Source: Thermodesulfobacteriota bacterium (GTDB lineage Bacteria > Desulfobacterota > Binatia > Bin18). Taken from it: a stretch of DNA of 64,000 nucleotides. A model generated the notes under the pieces. The model did not search any database, had not been told where the DNA came from, and saw only the letters and a list, made by a program, of their open reading frames with translations. The stretch is from positions 3,808,001-3,872,000 of the forward strand of contig OZ219926.1 in the NCBI GenBank assembly GCA_964291405.2, read 5' to 3'. The stretch's first letter is position 1, and every line of letters begins with the position of its first letter. Position numbers and translations under genes: made by a program. Of the stretch, positions 8,895 to 19,484 are shown piece by piece.

Positions 8895-9695
8895 TCATCC
8901 GAGTTGGGTAACAAAGTTCTCCAGGGCTTGGTTGAACGCCAGCGGCTGCTCAATCTGGTACATATGGGCGACATCTGTGACGATCTGTAAGTCCGCGTTG
9001 GGCATGTGTTCGGCCAGAATCCGGTTGGCTTCAACCGGCGTGGCCTCATCCTCTTCGCCCACCACGATCAGCGTGGGCTGGGTAATCTCCGTGAGCCTGG
9101 CTGTAATATCCCAATTCCACACGCCGTCCGGATGTTCGACCAGGGCGCGGGCCACACGCCGCGGAAAGGCGATACTATCGAGCAGATTGTTTTTGAGCAG
9201 ACGACAGATCTCGGGCCGCTCGTGCCGTGTCCGACGCGAAAAACACCGCCGCACAAACTCGTCGGTCATCTCTTCGTATTTGGTCCACAAGTCTCTCAGC
9301 AGATCGGTCGAATCGACAAACCGGGTCAGATTCGTCGCGCTGCTGATAATCAGATTGCCGGCAACGAGGTCCGGGTTGTCCAGGCATATCTGCATGGCCC
9401 GCATGCCGCCCATGGAATTGCCAACCAGAATCGCACGGTCAATACCCAAAGCGGCCAGCACGGCGGCATCGTCCGCCGCCATCTCCTGAATGGAATATCC
9501 GCTCAGCGGCTTGCTCGAACGCCCGTGACCCCGGGCTTCAATCACAATACAGCGATAGCGGTGGGCCAGGAGCGGGACCTGGTAGGTCCATATCCAGGCG
9601 TTGCAGGAATACCCGTGCAGAAAAACGAGCGGCCGACCCTGCCCATAATCGTCATAATGCACGCGAATCCCGTGCTCCCTTTCAACGAATGGCAT
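8895..9695 (-). CDS. Alpha/beta-fold hydrolase
   Basis: LVFLHGY, RGHGRS, nucleophile elbow GNSMGG, GEEDEAT, catalytic His in VAHM. Confidence 0.9.
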   Translation of the reverse strand: MPFVEREHGIRVHYDDYGQGRPLVFLHGYSCNAWIWTYQVPLLAHRYRCIVIEARGHGRSSKPLSGYSIQEMAADDAAVLAALGIDRAILVGNSMGGMRAMQICLDNPDLVAGNLIISSATNLTRFVDSTDLLRDLWTKYEEMTDEFVRRCFSRRTRHERPEICRLLKNNLLDSIAFPRRVARALVEHPDGVWNWDITARLTEITQPTLIVVGEEDEATPVEANRILAEHMPNADLQIVTDVAHMYQIEQPLAFNQALENFVTQLG

Positions 9696-9711
9696 GGACG
9701 CTCCTCTTCTC

Positions 9712-10182
9712 TTACTGGCCGAGGAAGGGTGTTTTCAGCCAGCCGTCGCCGTATGGCGTAAAGAAGAAGGGCGTCACGCTGAGGTGTTTGAATTTCCACT
9801 CGCCGTCCCGCTTCTCATAGCGCTCTTCGTAGCGACCGGTCAGCCAGGCGGCCTGGTTGCCCTCGGCCAGGGTGCAGGGCTGAAACAGGTACCACTGGCC
9901 CGTGGCAGTGTCCGCGTCCACCTCAATAATAGGGTTCATGACGTTGTGGACCGCAAAAGGAAAAATTTCAGACGCGCCCTGAAAGAAGGTGCGGATGGCC
10001 TCACGGCCTTCGTGCTTGCCAAATTTTCCACCATCCCAGACCGCGTCCTCGGTAAACAGTTCGGCAATGCCGTCCGCGTCGTATTGATTGTCGCAGAAGG
10101 CACAGTAGCGAGCTTTGAGTTTCTTGATGGCTTCAATGCTCTCCAGGGTTTGAATGCGTTGGGCGAGATCGTCAGCGTTCAT
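9712..10182 (-). CDS. SnoaL_4/NTF2-family protein (BaiE/LinA/scytalone-dehydratase-like)
   Basis: IEAIKKLKARYCAFCD, LFTEDAVW, HNVMNPIIEVDADTATGQW, YEKRDGEWK. Confidence 0.8.
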   Translation of the reverse strand: MNADDLAQRIQTLESIEAIKKLKARYCAFCDNQYDADGIAELFTEDAVWDGGKFGKHEGREAIRTFFQGASEIFPFAVHNVMNPIIEVDADTATGQWYLFQPCTLAEGNQAAWLTGRYEERYEKRDGEWKFKHLSVTPFFFTPYGDGWLKTPFLGQ

Positions 10183-10206
10183 GTCTGCTCCCTCCTTGGT
10201 GAGATG

Positions 10207-12480
10207 TTATTGCCTCGTTGTTTCTGAAGACCCGATGGGTGTGGCCGGCTCGACCTTGACCAGACGGCAGGGGAGGCCGCGCAGCAGCCAGGTACCCATC
10301 ATGGGGTCGCACTGCGCCGGGTCATCGTCGGTACACACATTGATATTCGTTTCCCACAGACCGTACAGCTCCGGAGCCTGTCCTGGACGCTCGGGATACC
10401 ACCAGCGGTCGGCCTGGACGACGCGCGGATGAAGGGTGTCATCCAGGCGGGCGACGTGCCGCACGCTGCCGATTGGGGTTTCGATGGTGATCCACGTCCC
10501 GTCCTCAATACCGAGTTCCGCCGCGGCGTGCGGGTGAAGCTGAACCACCGGGTGGGGATACTTCTTGCGGAACCACGGCATCTGCTGACTGTTCTGGTGG
10601 AAGCCTTCGATCACCCGCCCTCCGGTTGTCAGCACCAGCGGATAGTCGGTTGACCAGCGCGTAAAAATTTCCGGCTCCTCGTAGACGGGCAGAGCCGGGT
10701 AGTCGAGGTCGGTCAGGATGGCTGAGCGTAACTCTACCCTTCCGGATGGGGTCCCAAAGCGCGGTTCATCGTCCTGGGCCGACCGGCCAGTGAATTTCCC
10801 GTAGCGTGGCGTAGCGGACATCCACGGCCCGCTTTGCTGAGCAAGAGTGTGAAAGCTGAGGCCGGCCGGTCGCAGACAGGTATCCCAGAACTCTTCAACG
10901 GTTTCCGGCCAGTCGGCCTCCTGACCTAGCCGCTGCCCGAGGTCTCTCCACAGCTCATAATCGTTCCGGTGACCATACTCGGGCTCGATGGCCGCGTGGC
11001 TCGCCGCGGCGTAATCGCCGGCGGTGCCCATATAGCCGAGGCCGGTGGAGAAGGACGGCTTTTCGAGCCAGTGGCTGGCTGGCAGGACGTAGTCGGCCAA
11101 CTGCGCGGTCGGAGACAGAAACAGGTCGTGGACTACCAGCAGTTCCAGGTTGGCACTCCGCAGCGCTTGCTCGACCCGCTTGGCATTGCCACTCCCACCC
11201 AGCGGATTATGGTGCTGGACAAACAGCCCCTTGACCGGGTACGGATCGCCCTGGGTAATCGCCTGCCACAGGCTGGGCTCATGGGCCGAAGCCGTCCAAC
11301 TCAGCAGGTGGTGCTTGCCGTGCCAGGCCGGTGCCATGGCCGCATCAAGCTGTTTATACCCGTCGCCCAGAAGACGAAAGCGATCGATCCCCAGTCGCTT
11401 GCGCCACTGTTCTTCGGGCAGGCGGTTCATCAGCATCACATCCCCGTTTGCCACGACCTGCCGGGGAGGGCCTGATAGGGAGTGGCCGCCTTCCCGATCC
11501 AGATTGCCGCTAATGGCCACCAGACAGGCAATTGCCCGTGCAGCCTGGAGGCTCGCCGGGCCGAGCTGGCACACTCCGTTGCCACTATTGATGATGCCTG
11601 GCCGGTTGCGGGCAAACAGCCGGGCAGCTTTGACCAGGAGTTCTTTTGGGACCCAGGTGAGCTCGGCGGCCCGTTGCGGCGAATAGGCGGCCACGTGCTG
11701 CTGCAAGGCGTCGAACCCGGTGGTGTACTGCTCGACAAACTCCTGGTCGTACAGACTTTCTTCAATCAGAACCGAGAGCCAGCCCAAGGCTAAGGCCCCA
11801 TCCGTCCCAGGACGGAGCTGCAACCACAGATCGGCCCGCTTTGCCTCGGTAGTGTAGTGGGGGTCAACCACAATGAGCGTGGCTCCCTGGCGGTGGGCTT
11901 TGACGATCTGTTTCCACAGGAGGGGTACCGAAGCACTCGGCCGCATCCCCCACAGCACTATGCATTTCGTAAGGCCGGGGACGGGAGAAGTGTGCGCGGT
12001 CGGGCCATAGCCATAGGTCAGGGCCTCGGCCATGGTTGTTGGGCCGGAGCAGATTTTATCCTGTCCGGCGCTATTGGGGCTGCCGAAAAGGTTCAGAAAA
12101 CGCTCGCCAAGACCCCAGTCCGCACCGTGAAACGTGCCAAAGGTGACGGCAACACTCTCAGGGCCGTGCTGGTGCTTCAGGGTTTTGAGCCGTGCGGCAA
12201 TATCATCCAAGGCTTCGTCCCAGGTGACCTGCTGCCAGGCCCCCTCACCCCGCTCCCCCGTGCGTTTGAGTGGCCAGTGGACGCGTCCCTCCTGGTAATG
12301 CAATTCAGCAGCTCGGCGACCCTTAATACAGACAAACCCCTGACTGATCGGATGCTCTGCGTCGCCACTGATCTGGGTGATTCGTCCCTGCTCCACATGG
12401 GCGAGCACGCCACACTGCTGAGAACAGCTACAACATATGACAGGCCTGACGGCTGTCTGCTCTTGGGTGGAAAGAGTCAT
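10207..12480 (-). CDS. Bis-MGD molybdopterin/tungsten oxidoreductase, acetylene-hydratase-like, with N-terminal 4Fe-4S
   Basis: CCSCSQQC...CIKG cluster motif, [43 protein letters not shown]-terminal molybdopterin-binding domain. Start set at MTLSTQEQ. Confidence 0.85.
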   Translation of the reverse strand: MTLSTQEQTAVRPVICCSCSQQCGVLAHVEQGRITQISGDAEHPISQGFVCIKGRRAAELHYQEGRVHWPLKRTGERGEGAWQQVTWDEALDDIAARLKTLKHQHGPESVAVTFGTFHGADWGLGERFLNLFGSPNSAGQDKICSGPTTMAEALTYGYGPTAHTSPVPGLTKCIVLWGMRPSASVPLLWKQIVKAHRQGATLIVVDPHYTTEAKRADLWLQLRPGTDGALALGWLSVLIEESLYDQEFVEQYTTGFDALQQHVAAYSPQRAAELTWVPKELLVKAARLFARNRPGIINSGNGVCQLGPASLQAARAIACLVAISGNLDREGGHSLSGPPRQVVANGDVMLMNRLPEEQWRKRLGIDRFRLLGDGYKQLDAAMAPAWHGKHHLLSWTASAHEPSLWQAITQGDPYPVKGLFVQHHNPLGGSGNAKRVEQALRSANLELLVVHDLFLSPTAQLADYVLPASHWLEKPSFSTGLGYMGTAGDYAAASHAAIEPEYGHRNDYELWRDLGQRLGQEADWPETVEEFWDTCLRPAGLSFHTLAQQSGPWMSATPRYGKFTGRSAQDDEPRFGTPSGRVELRSAILTDLDYPALPVYEEPEIFTRWSTDYPLVLTTGGRVIEGFHQNSQQMPWFRKKYPHPVVQLHPHAAAELGIEDGTWITIETPIGSVRHVARLDDTLHPRVVQADRWWYPERPGQAPELYGLWETNINVCTDDDPAQCDPMMGTWLLRGLPCRLVKVEPATPIGSSETTRQ

Positions 12481-12511
12481 GGCGCGCCTTTCACGCAAAG
12501 AATATGAAATC

Positions 12512-12540
12512 GCTCTAGTCCATCTCAGACCGAGTGTCAA
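12512..12540 (-). promoter_or_regulatory. Putative sigma70 promoter for the molybdoenzyme operon
   Basis: TTGACA-17 nt-TAGAGC on the minus strand, ~30 bp upstream of the start. Confidence 0.4.
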
Positions 12541-12655
12541 TGAAAAAATGGTCTCAGGAATTCGAGACCGCAAGAATAAGGAATGTCTTGCCAACATGAG
12601 GGAAAAGGGCGTAGAGAGAAAAACGACTATAGAGAAGGGAGGCGTCGGTGAAACG

Positions 12656-14110
12656 ATGAGTACCACACAGCTCCTTAATTTTGTGGACGGCGAGTGGAGT
12701 CATTCGAGCGCAACAGAATCGCTGACCATTCCGAATCCGGCGACTGCACAGGAGATCGCCAGCCTGCCTGTCTCTCCCGCTCCTGATGTTGATGCTACGG
12801 TCCGGGCGGCCACCCGTGCTTTTCCTGAGTGGCGGCGCACGCCGGCGGGTGAGCGGATACAGTATTTATTCAAATTTAAGACCCTGTTGGAGGAACACCT
12901 CGACGACCTTGCCCAAACCATTACCAATGAATGTGGCAAGACCTATACGGAAGCGGCCGGAGAAATGCGCCGCGGCATTGAGAATGTCGAGGTTGCCTGT
13001 GGAATCCCCAGTTTACTCCAAGGTTTGTACAGCGAGGATATTGCGCGCGGTATTGATGAAACCATGATCCGGCAGCCGGTCGGCGTGGTGGCGGCGATTA
13101 CGCCGTTTAATTTTCCGGGCATGATTCCGCTGTGGTTTCTGCCGTATGCCATTGCGTGTGGGAACACCTTTATTCTCAAGCCGTCGGACAAAACGCCCCT
13201 CACCGCCCAAAAGATCTTTGCCCTGTTGGAGCAAACCGGCCTACCCAAAGGCGTGGCCAATCTGGTGAACGGCGCAAAAGAAACCGTAGACGCCTTGGTC
13301 GATCACCCTGAGGTGCGGGCCATCAGTCTGGTTGGTTCCACACCAGTCGCCAGGGCAGTGTACGCCCGAGCCACAGCAAACGGCAAACGCGCGCAATGTC
13401 AGGGCGGTGCAAAAAATCCGATTATTGTTCTGCCTGACGCCGATATTGAAGAGGTGGCGCAGGTCGCGGCTGAGTCGGCTTTTGGCTGCGCCGGTCAACG
13501 CTGCCTTGCCGCTTCGTTGGCCATCACGGTTGGTGACGCCGCACAGCCATTTGTTGAGGCCATGGCCGACGTGGCGGTACGGCGAAACGTTGGCTACGGG
13601 CTGGACGCTGGAGTGGAAATGGGGCCGGTGATCCGAGCCGAAAGTAAAGCGCGCATTGAACAGCTTATCCAAACCGGTCTTGACGACGGGGCGCAGGCCA
13701 TCGTAGACGGCCGCCAGGCCCAGGTCGCCAGCTACGAACAGGGCTATTTCGTCAAGCCGACCATCCTGACCGAGGTACAGCCGGGGAGCCAGATCGCGAC
13801 CACGGAGATATTCGGGCCGGTCCTGAGTGTGATGTCGGCAAAAGATGTTGACGGCGCGCTCAGCTTGGTAAACGGCCAGCACTACGGCAATATGGCCTGT
13901 CTCTTTACCCAGAGTGGAGCGGCGGCCCGAAAATTTCGCTACGAAGCTCAGGTGGGCAACCTGGGGATTAACGTCGGCGTTGCCGCGCCCATGGCCTTCT
14001 TTCCTTTTAGTGGCTGGAAAGACAGTTTTTTCGGCGACCTGCATGGCCAGGGGCGCGATGCCATCGATTTTTATACGGAAAAGAAGGTGATCGTAGAGCG
14101 ATGGGGATGA
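12656..14110 (+). CDS. mmsA: CoA-acylating (methyl)malonate-semialdehyde dehydrogenase
   Basis: [51 protein letters not shown]. Start MSTTQ follows GGAGG. Confidence 0.9.
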   Translation: MSTTQLLNFVDGEWSHSSATESLTIPNPATAQEIASLPVSPAPDVDATVRAATRAFPEWRRTPAGERIQYLFKFKTLLEEHLDDLAQTITNECGKTYTEAAGEMRRGIENVEVACGIPSLLQGLYSEDIARGIDETMIRQPVGVVAAITPFNFPGMIPLWFLPYAIACGNTFILKPSDKTPLTAQKIFALLEQTGLPKGVANLVNGAKETVDALVDHPEVRAISLVGSTPVARAVYARATANGKRAQCQGGAKNPIIVLPDADIEEVAQVAAESAFGCAGQRCLAASLAITVGDAAQPFVEAMADVAVRRNVGYGLDAGVEMGPVIRAESKARIEQLIQTGLDDGAQAIVDGRQAQVASYEQGYFVKPTILTEVQPGSQIATTEIFGPVLSVMSAKDVDGALSLVNGQHYGNMACLFTQSGAAARKFRYEAQVGNLGINVGVAAPMAFFPFSGWKDSFFGDLHGQGRDAIDFYTEKKVIVERWG

Positions 14111-14138
14111 GAAAGCGTCGTTGAAGAAGGGATCTCTC

Positions 14139-15902
14139 ATGTCAATCGACAGTCTGTCTGACGCTGGAACCGAAACACGAACCGTAGCTGCCCATCGACC
14201 GACCATCCGGGGCACCCGCCACATGGTCGCGGGCGGGCATTATCTGGCGGCACACGCTGGCTTTCATATTCTTGAGGCCGGTGGCAATGCGGTTGACGCC
14301 GGGGTCGCTGCCGGTATCGCCCTGGGTGTCTTGCAGAGCGATCTGGTGAACGTGGCCGGGGTGGCCCCAATCATTCTGTATCTGGCCGACCGGCGTGAGG
14401 TGACGACGATCAGCGGTCTGGGTTGCTGGCCGCAAGCCGCCTCGGTGGAGATGTTTCAGCACAAGCACGCCGGCCATATTCCTGTGGGTATTCTCCGCAC
14501 CGTCGTGCCGAGCGCGCCCGACGCCTGGATTACCGTGCTGGAGCGGTACGGAACCATGGGGTTTGGTGAGGTCGCGGCAGCCGCAATCCGTTTTGCGCGC
14601 GACGGGTTTCCCATCCATGCTTTTACCGCGGGCATCATCAAGGCGAATGCCGACAAGTATCGGCGCTGGCCCTCGAACGCGGCCATCTATCTGCCTGGCG
14701 GTCAGGCCCCACAGCCGGGCGACATCTTCAAACAAACCGACCTGGCCGGAACCTTGCAGTATATGGCCGACGAAGAGACGCACGCCCGGAGACAGGGACG
14801 AAAGGCCGGGCTCCAGGCGGCCCGGGCCGCTTTCTATCAAGGCGATATTGCCGCGGCGATTGTCAAGTTTCACGCGGAGAATGACGGGCTACTGACCGCC
14901 AAAGACCTGGCCGAATTTCAGGTCGCCGTAGAACCCCCGACGCGGACGACATTCCAGGACCTTGAAGTCTACGCCTGTGGCCCGTGGTGTCAGGGGCCGG
15001 TCTTGCAGCAAGCGCTGAATCTCCTGGAAGGCTATGATCTTGCGGCCCAAGGCCACAATTCGCCCCAGTATATTCACACGGTGACCGAAGCGCTCAAACT
15101 GGCGTTTGCCGACCGGGACCGCTACTACGGCGACCCGCGCTTCGTTGAGGTGCCCATCGAAGCACTGTTGTCCAAGGACTATGCCGAGCAGCGCCGTTCC
15201 CTGATTCGGGAGAATGAAGCCTGGCCCGAGATGCCACCGGCCGGCGACCCCCAACGCTGCCGGGCGGCGGTTGACGCCGAGCTCAGTCCAGCGCCGAACG
15301 AGACGGCCCAGCCCGGCCTGGACACCTCGTACGTCTGCGTCATAGACCGGCATGGCAATGCTTTCTCCGCCACTCCGAGCGATACCTCATCTGATATGCC
15401 GGTCGTGCCCGGTACAGGTCTGTGTCCGTCCTCACGCGGTTCGCAGTCCTGGGCCGATCCGCATCATGCTTCCTGTGTTGCCCCTGGGAAACGCCCCCGC
15501 CTGACCCCCAACCCGGCCTTGGTCCTGCGTGACGGTCGCCCCTTTCTGGTGTTGGGCTCTCCCGGCGGTGATGTTCAGCCTCAGGCCATGTTGCAGACCT
15601 TGCTCAACACCGCGGTCTTTGGCATGGAGGCCCAGGAAGCGGTCGAAGCGCCACGCTTTGCCAGCTACAGCTTCCCGGATTCCTTTGAACCGCACGCCTA
15701 CCATCCCGGTCGGCTGAATATCGAGAGCCGTATCGTTGAGGAGACCGGAGCGTCGTTGTCCGAGCGTGGTCACCAGGTGCACTGGTGGCCGGACTGGATG
15801 TGGCGAGCCGGGGCGGTATGCTGCATTCACGTTGAGCCAACAACCGGTGTGCTGGCCGGCGGCGCCGACCCGCGCCGTGCGTCGTACGCCGTGGGTTGGT
15901 AA
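14139..15902 (+). CDS. ggt: Gamma-glutamyltransferase family (Ntn-hydrolase) protein
   Basis: GGNAVDAGVAA, EALKLAFADRDRYYGDP, autocleavage Thr in DTSYVCVID, PGKRPRLT, GSPGGDVQPQ, GADPRR. No signal peptide. Confidence 0.88.
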   Translation: MSIDSLSDAGTETRTVAAHRPTIRGTRHMVAGGHYLAAHAGFHILEAGGNAVDAGVAAGIALGVLQSDLVNVAGVAPIILYLADRREVTTISGLGCWPQAASVEMFQHKHAGHIPVGILRTVVPSAPDAWITVLERYGTMGFGEVAAAAIRFARDGFPIHAFTAGIIKANADKYRRWPSNAAIYLPGGQAPQPGDIFKQTDLAGTLQYMADEETHARRQGRKAGLQAARAAFYQGDIAAAIVKFHAENDGLLTAKDLAEFQVAVEPPTRTTFQDLEVYACGPWCQGPVLQQALNLLEGYDLAAQGHNSPQYIHTVTEALKLAFADRDRYYGDPRFVEVPIEALLSKDYAEQRRSLIRENEAWPEMPPAGDPQRCRAAVDAELSPAPNETAQPGLDTSYVCVIDRHGNAFSATPSDTSSDMPVVPGTGLCPSSRGSQSWADPHHASCVAPGKRPRLTPNPALVLRDGRPFLVLGSPGGDVQPQAMLQTLLNTAVFGMEAQEAVEAPRFASYSFPDSFEPHAYHPGRLNIESRIVEETGASLSERGHQVHWWPDWMWRAGAVCCIHVEPTTGVLAGGADPRRASYAVGW

Positions 15903-15933
15903 CAGAGGTCTTGCTGTATAAGGAGGGAAGACG

Positions 15934-17400
15934 ATGGCATCCACACAAGAATATCTGGTGAGCTGTGGCACGACAAAGGTGCCGGCGCATCTGCCGGTTG
16001 ACCGGACCCGTATCCCGCCAGGACCGCCACCCTCTGTTGCTCCCTTGCCCGACGCGGCAGCCGCCTTTCGGGCCGCGGTCACGCAGCCGGTTGGCATGCC
16101 GGCCTTGGAGAAACTGGTCAAGCCGGGAGCAAAGGTCACCATTGGCATTCAGGACGGCCGGGCCACGCACTACCATCCCGACGACCAGGATTTGCGTATT
16201 CTCGGGCTGCCCATCTTACTCGATCTGTTAGGCCAGTACGGGGTCAAGCCCGAAGATATTCAGATCAAGGTTGCCAACGCGCTCCACCGCATGTGGACCC
16301 GCAAGGAGATGACCCACATCCTGGGCCCGAAGCTGCCCTACACGCTGGGGGGCCGCCTGGCCTGCATTGATGCGACCGACCCGGACCAGTTTGTTAATCT
16401 GGGTATGACCCGGCGAGGCATGGAGGTCATGGTTCACCGCTCGGTCGTTGAGTCCGATCTGTTCATCTTTATGTCCGTTCCCGGTGGATTCTTCCAGGGC
16501 GGCTGGAAGTCCATTCTGGTCGGGATGAGTAATTGGGAGTCCATCCGCTATCATCACCGCCCCTGGCCGTTTGCCTCGGGGCACTCGGTCCAGGACCCAA
16601 AAAACAGCTCCTTCCACAAGCTGCTGAATGAGATGGGGGCCCTGGTGGACGCCGAGCTGGAGCGTCGTGGCCACCCGCCCGTCATGAAGATAGAGGGTGT
16701 CCTGACCACAAGTAGCCCGCAGCGATTTGCGGCCATTGACGCCGGGCTGATCACCCCGGTGCGGGAAATGCATATTGATATGCTGCTCTCGCAACTCGTT
16801 ACTGACGTGGAAGGGCAGACGGATGTGCTGCTGATGGGGATGGGGGATGGGGACGGCTACTCGCGCCTGTCTGTGTTCAACCCTATTCACTGTCGCAACA
16901 AGGCGCTCTCCGGGTTGTTCAACGCCTATCACGAGAACCCCCTGGTCCGAAAAGGTGGGATGCTCATCGTGGCCAACCCCTTTGACCCTAAATTCAGTCT
17001 GCTCAACCATCCCTCGTACCACACCCTCTACGAGGAGGTGTTGCCTGCCATGCAGGACCCGGTGGAGGTGTGGGATACCTACTCCGAAGAGTACGCACAC
17101 CGCCCGGAGTTTGTTCACAAGTATCGCAACGGCTTTGCGTTCCACGGGGCGCACCCGTGTATTTTGTACGGGCAGGGCTTGTATGCGCTCAACCATCTGG
17201 GTGGTGTCCTGGCTGCGGGCGTACCCAAGGAAAACGAAGCGGTTGCCCGCCGGATGGGCTTTGAGCCGTTCCCGACCATTGAAGCCGCGCTGAGCGAGGC
17301 CGAAGCGCGGCTCGGCAAAGACTGTACGATTACCTATCACCAGCACCTGGAGGAGCACGGCTATTTCACGCGGGTGCATGTGAACGGTAATACTGCCTAG
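15934..17400 (+). CDS. Lactate racemase (LarA)-like / DUF2088 domain protein
   Basis: PVGMPALEKLVKPGAKVTI, VANALHR, GGWKS, LVRKGGMLI. Confidence 0.75.
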   Translation: MASTQEYLVSCGTTKVPAHLPVDRTRIPPGPPPSVAPLPDAAAAFRAAVTQPVGMPALEKLVKPGAKVTIGIQDGRATHYHPDDQDLRILGLPILLDLLGQYGVKPEDIQIKVANALHRMWTRKEMTHILGPKLPYTLGGRLACIDATDPDQFVNLGMTRRGMEVMVHRSVVESDLFIFMSVPGGFFQGGWKSILVGMSNWESIRYHHRPWPFASGHSVQDPKNSSFHKLLNEMGALVDAELERRGHPPVMKIEGVLTTSSPQRFAAIDAGLITPVREMHIDMLLSQLVTDVEGQTDVLLMGMGDGDGYSRLSVFNPIHCRNKALSGLFNAYHENPLVRKGGMLIVANPFDPKFSLLNHPSYHTLYEEVLPAMQDPVEVWDTYSEEYAHRPEFVHKYRNGFAFHGAHPCILYGQGLYALNHLGGVLAAGVPKENEAVARRMGFEPFPTIEAALSEAEARLGKDCTITYHQHLEEHGYFTRVHVNGNTA

Positions 17401-17551
17401 AGCAAAATTCACATTAGTGTAGCGTCCAACGGCCTCCACGCGTTTCCCGATACGTAGGGTGCGCCCTGCGCACCAGTAAAGGTGGTGCATGGGATGCACC
17501 CTACGGAACTCTGGAGAGCACCTCGCTACACCACGGAGGAAACTGCTCTAG
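17397..17551. mobile_element. CTAG-bounded MITE, copy 2, with an internal GTAG-type REPIN
   Basis: CTAGAGCA...GTGTAGCG left end and CGCTACAC...TGCTCTAG right end form an imperfect 28-bp TIR. CGTAGGGTGC...GCACCCTACG at 17453-17505. The left CTAG contains the stop codon of the LarA-like gene. Confidence 0.85.
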
Positions 17552-17626
17552 CCCTGGAGCGCTTCCCCGACCCGGAATGGTCCGATAGTTCCTGGTGTGC
17601 CGGTCGCTGAGTTGTTTCTCGGCTGC

Positions 17627-18760
17627 TCAGTCCAGCTCTATCCCGTACAGCTTTGCGGCGTTGTCGTACACAATCTTGCGCGTGATATGGGCCGGAACGT
17701 TGGCAAAGTCTCGTTCAATGACTTTGCGTGAATGGGGCCAGGTAGTGTCTGTGTGCGGAAAATCGGACGCCCACATACAGTTATCCTCGCCAAAGACTGC
17801 GGCGTTTGTGGCGCCGATCGGGTCGTCCTGAAAGGTTGCCCAGACCTGGCGGCGGACATATTCGCTCGGTTTCATGGGGAGCGGATGTTCCACCATTACC
17901 CCAAACTTCTCATAGGTATGGTCCAGGCGCTGGACATAATGAGCCAGCCAGCCGATATCGCTTTCCGCAGAAACAATTTTGAGTCCGGGAAAACGGGCCA
18001 AAACCCCGCCGAAGATGAGACTGGTCAGAGACTTTTGGACTTCGTGAATGAGGTGCACAAACCGCATGGCCGTCTGGTTGACCCAGCCGCTTGAGCCGCG
18101 ATCCATGACCACGCGAGTGTTATTGTCCCGGCTGGTCACGACATGCAGGGAGAGTGGTATATGCAGTTCTTGCGCCGCAGTCCAGAACGGATCGTAAACC
18201 GGACTATAATACGGCCGGTCTTCGGGCGGAGCGCCCCAGATCATCCCGCCGCTGAGGCCCAATTTTGCCGCACGTTCGAGCTCTTTGACTGCGGCCGGGA
18301 TATCCTCAAGCGAGATCAGCGCCACGGGATAGAGCCGTTTGGGATCGTGCGACTGAAACTCCGCCACCCAGTCGTTATAGACCCGAAAACATGCCTGCTG
18401 GAGTTCGGCGTCTGCGAGCTGGAACAGGGCCAGACCCAGGGTAGTGTAGATCACCTCAGCCCGGACCCCGTCGATATCCTGATCCTTGATGCGCTCGACC
18501 GGGTCCCAGCCGCTGGGCCGGGCCGCTTCATAACCACGGGTGAGATGTTTCTTGAGCTCTTCGCCACTGCGCCCCGTAGAAAATCCGCCCGCCACAGGGA
18601 AGGGTGTGATACCGGGGGCTGTGAAAAAATGTCCGGGTTTTTCTTTATTCTCGACCACCCGCGGGGCGCGGTCCCGAAACTGTTGATCGAGCCGGGTGGT
18701 CCACAGATCGGGCGGCTCTGTCATATGCGAATCAGCAGAAATCACACGCAGCGGTTCCAT
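17627..18760 (-). CDS. Amidohydrolase_2 family protein
   Basis: ISADSHMTEPPDLW, RIKDQDIDGV, YNDW, PLSLH, MWASDFPH. Confidence 0.9.
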   Translation of the reverse strand: MEPLRVISADSHMTEPPDLWTTRLDQQFRDRAPRVVENKEKPGHFFTAPGITPFPVAGGFSTGRSGEELKKHLTRGYEAARPSGWDPVERIKDQDIDGVRAEVIYTTLGLALFQLADAELQQACFRVYNDWVAEFQSHDPKRLYPVALISLEDIPAAVKELERAAKLGLSGGMIWGAPPEDRPYYSPVYDPFWTAAQELHIPLSLHVVTSRDNNTRVVMDRGSSGWVNQTAMRFVHLIHEVQKSLTSLIFGGVLARFPGLKIVSAESDIGWLAHYVQRLDHTYEKFGVMVEHPLPMKPSEYVRRQVWATFQDDPIGATNAAVFGEDNCMWASDFPHTDTTWPHSRKVIERDFANVPAHITRKIVYDNAAKLYGIELD

Positions 18761-18886
18761 CTCTCCCCCTGTGTCTGGTCATTTGTGGACGGTAATCCCG
18801 TACACTGACCGAGCAACGCCTAGCATTTTCGCTTCCGGCATGTCAAATCATGCGGTGTAAGATGTTGATGACAGGAGGTGGCCCCT

Positions 18887-19468
18887 ATGAGTCGTTCGAC
18901 GGTGATGCGTGGGAAGAGAAGAATCGTGCTGATAACACTGACAACCGCTATCGTACTCAGTTGGGCTCTGGGTTCGGGTGTTGCTGCGGAGCCGACCAGC
19001 CGGTTGCAGGACGAGGCGGACATTCGCAACCTTACTATCTGTTATGCTCACGGAACGGACGCCATCGGACGGGGTGATGTGGCGGCAGGGAGGGCGATCT
19101 ACCAGCCGTGCTTTACAAAGGACGCGACCTTCTCGGTTGTCTTTCCAAACGGACAAATCGAGGAAAGGACCGGCTCAGACGCCTGGGCGGATTTTGTGGC
19201 GTCGGTCTTTCAGGGTGCTGGCTATACGAGTACGCAACATCTGCTCGGAACCATCAGTATTGAGGTGCAAGACAAGAGCGCCACGATGAGCACCTATCTG
19301 CACGCAACCCATGTGCTGCCAAACGGCAGCATGGATATTGCGAATGGCACCTATGAAGACACCGTGGTGAAAACCGAAGAGGGCTGGCGCATTCAGAGCC
19401 GTAAGCTCACCCTCATTACCTTTCTGAACCTTGCGCCGACGGCACCACATCCGAGGAGTGAAGAATAA
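18887..19468 (+). CDS. SnoaL_4/NTF2-family protein with N-terminal signal peptide
   Basis: AGGAGG RBS; basic N-terminus plus hydrophobic stretch ending GVAA; IRNLTICYAHGTD, TQHLLG, GTYEDTVVKTEEGWRI. Confidence 0.8.
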   Translation: MSRSTVMRGKRRIVLITLTTAIVLSWALGSGVAAEPTSRLQDEADIRNLTICYAHGTDAIGRGDVAAGRAIYQPCFTKDATFSVVFPNGQIEERTGSDAWADFVASVFQGAGYTSTQHLLGTISIEVQDKSATMSTYLHATHVLPNGSMDIANGTYEDTVVKTEEGWRIQSRKLTLITFLNLAPTAPHPRSEE

Positions 19469-19484
19469 TAGACTTCCCCTCCGG

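Noticed and set aside
12437-12666. Overlapping N-terminal extensions of the molybdoenzyme and MMSDH ORFs
   Set aside because: ORF-caller over-extension; family-like sequence begins at 12480 and 12656, leaving a divergent promoter region.
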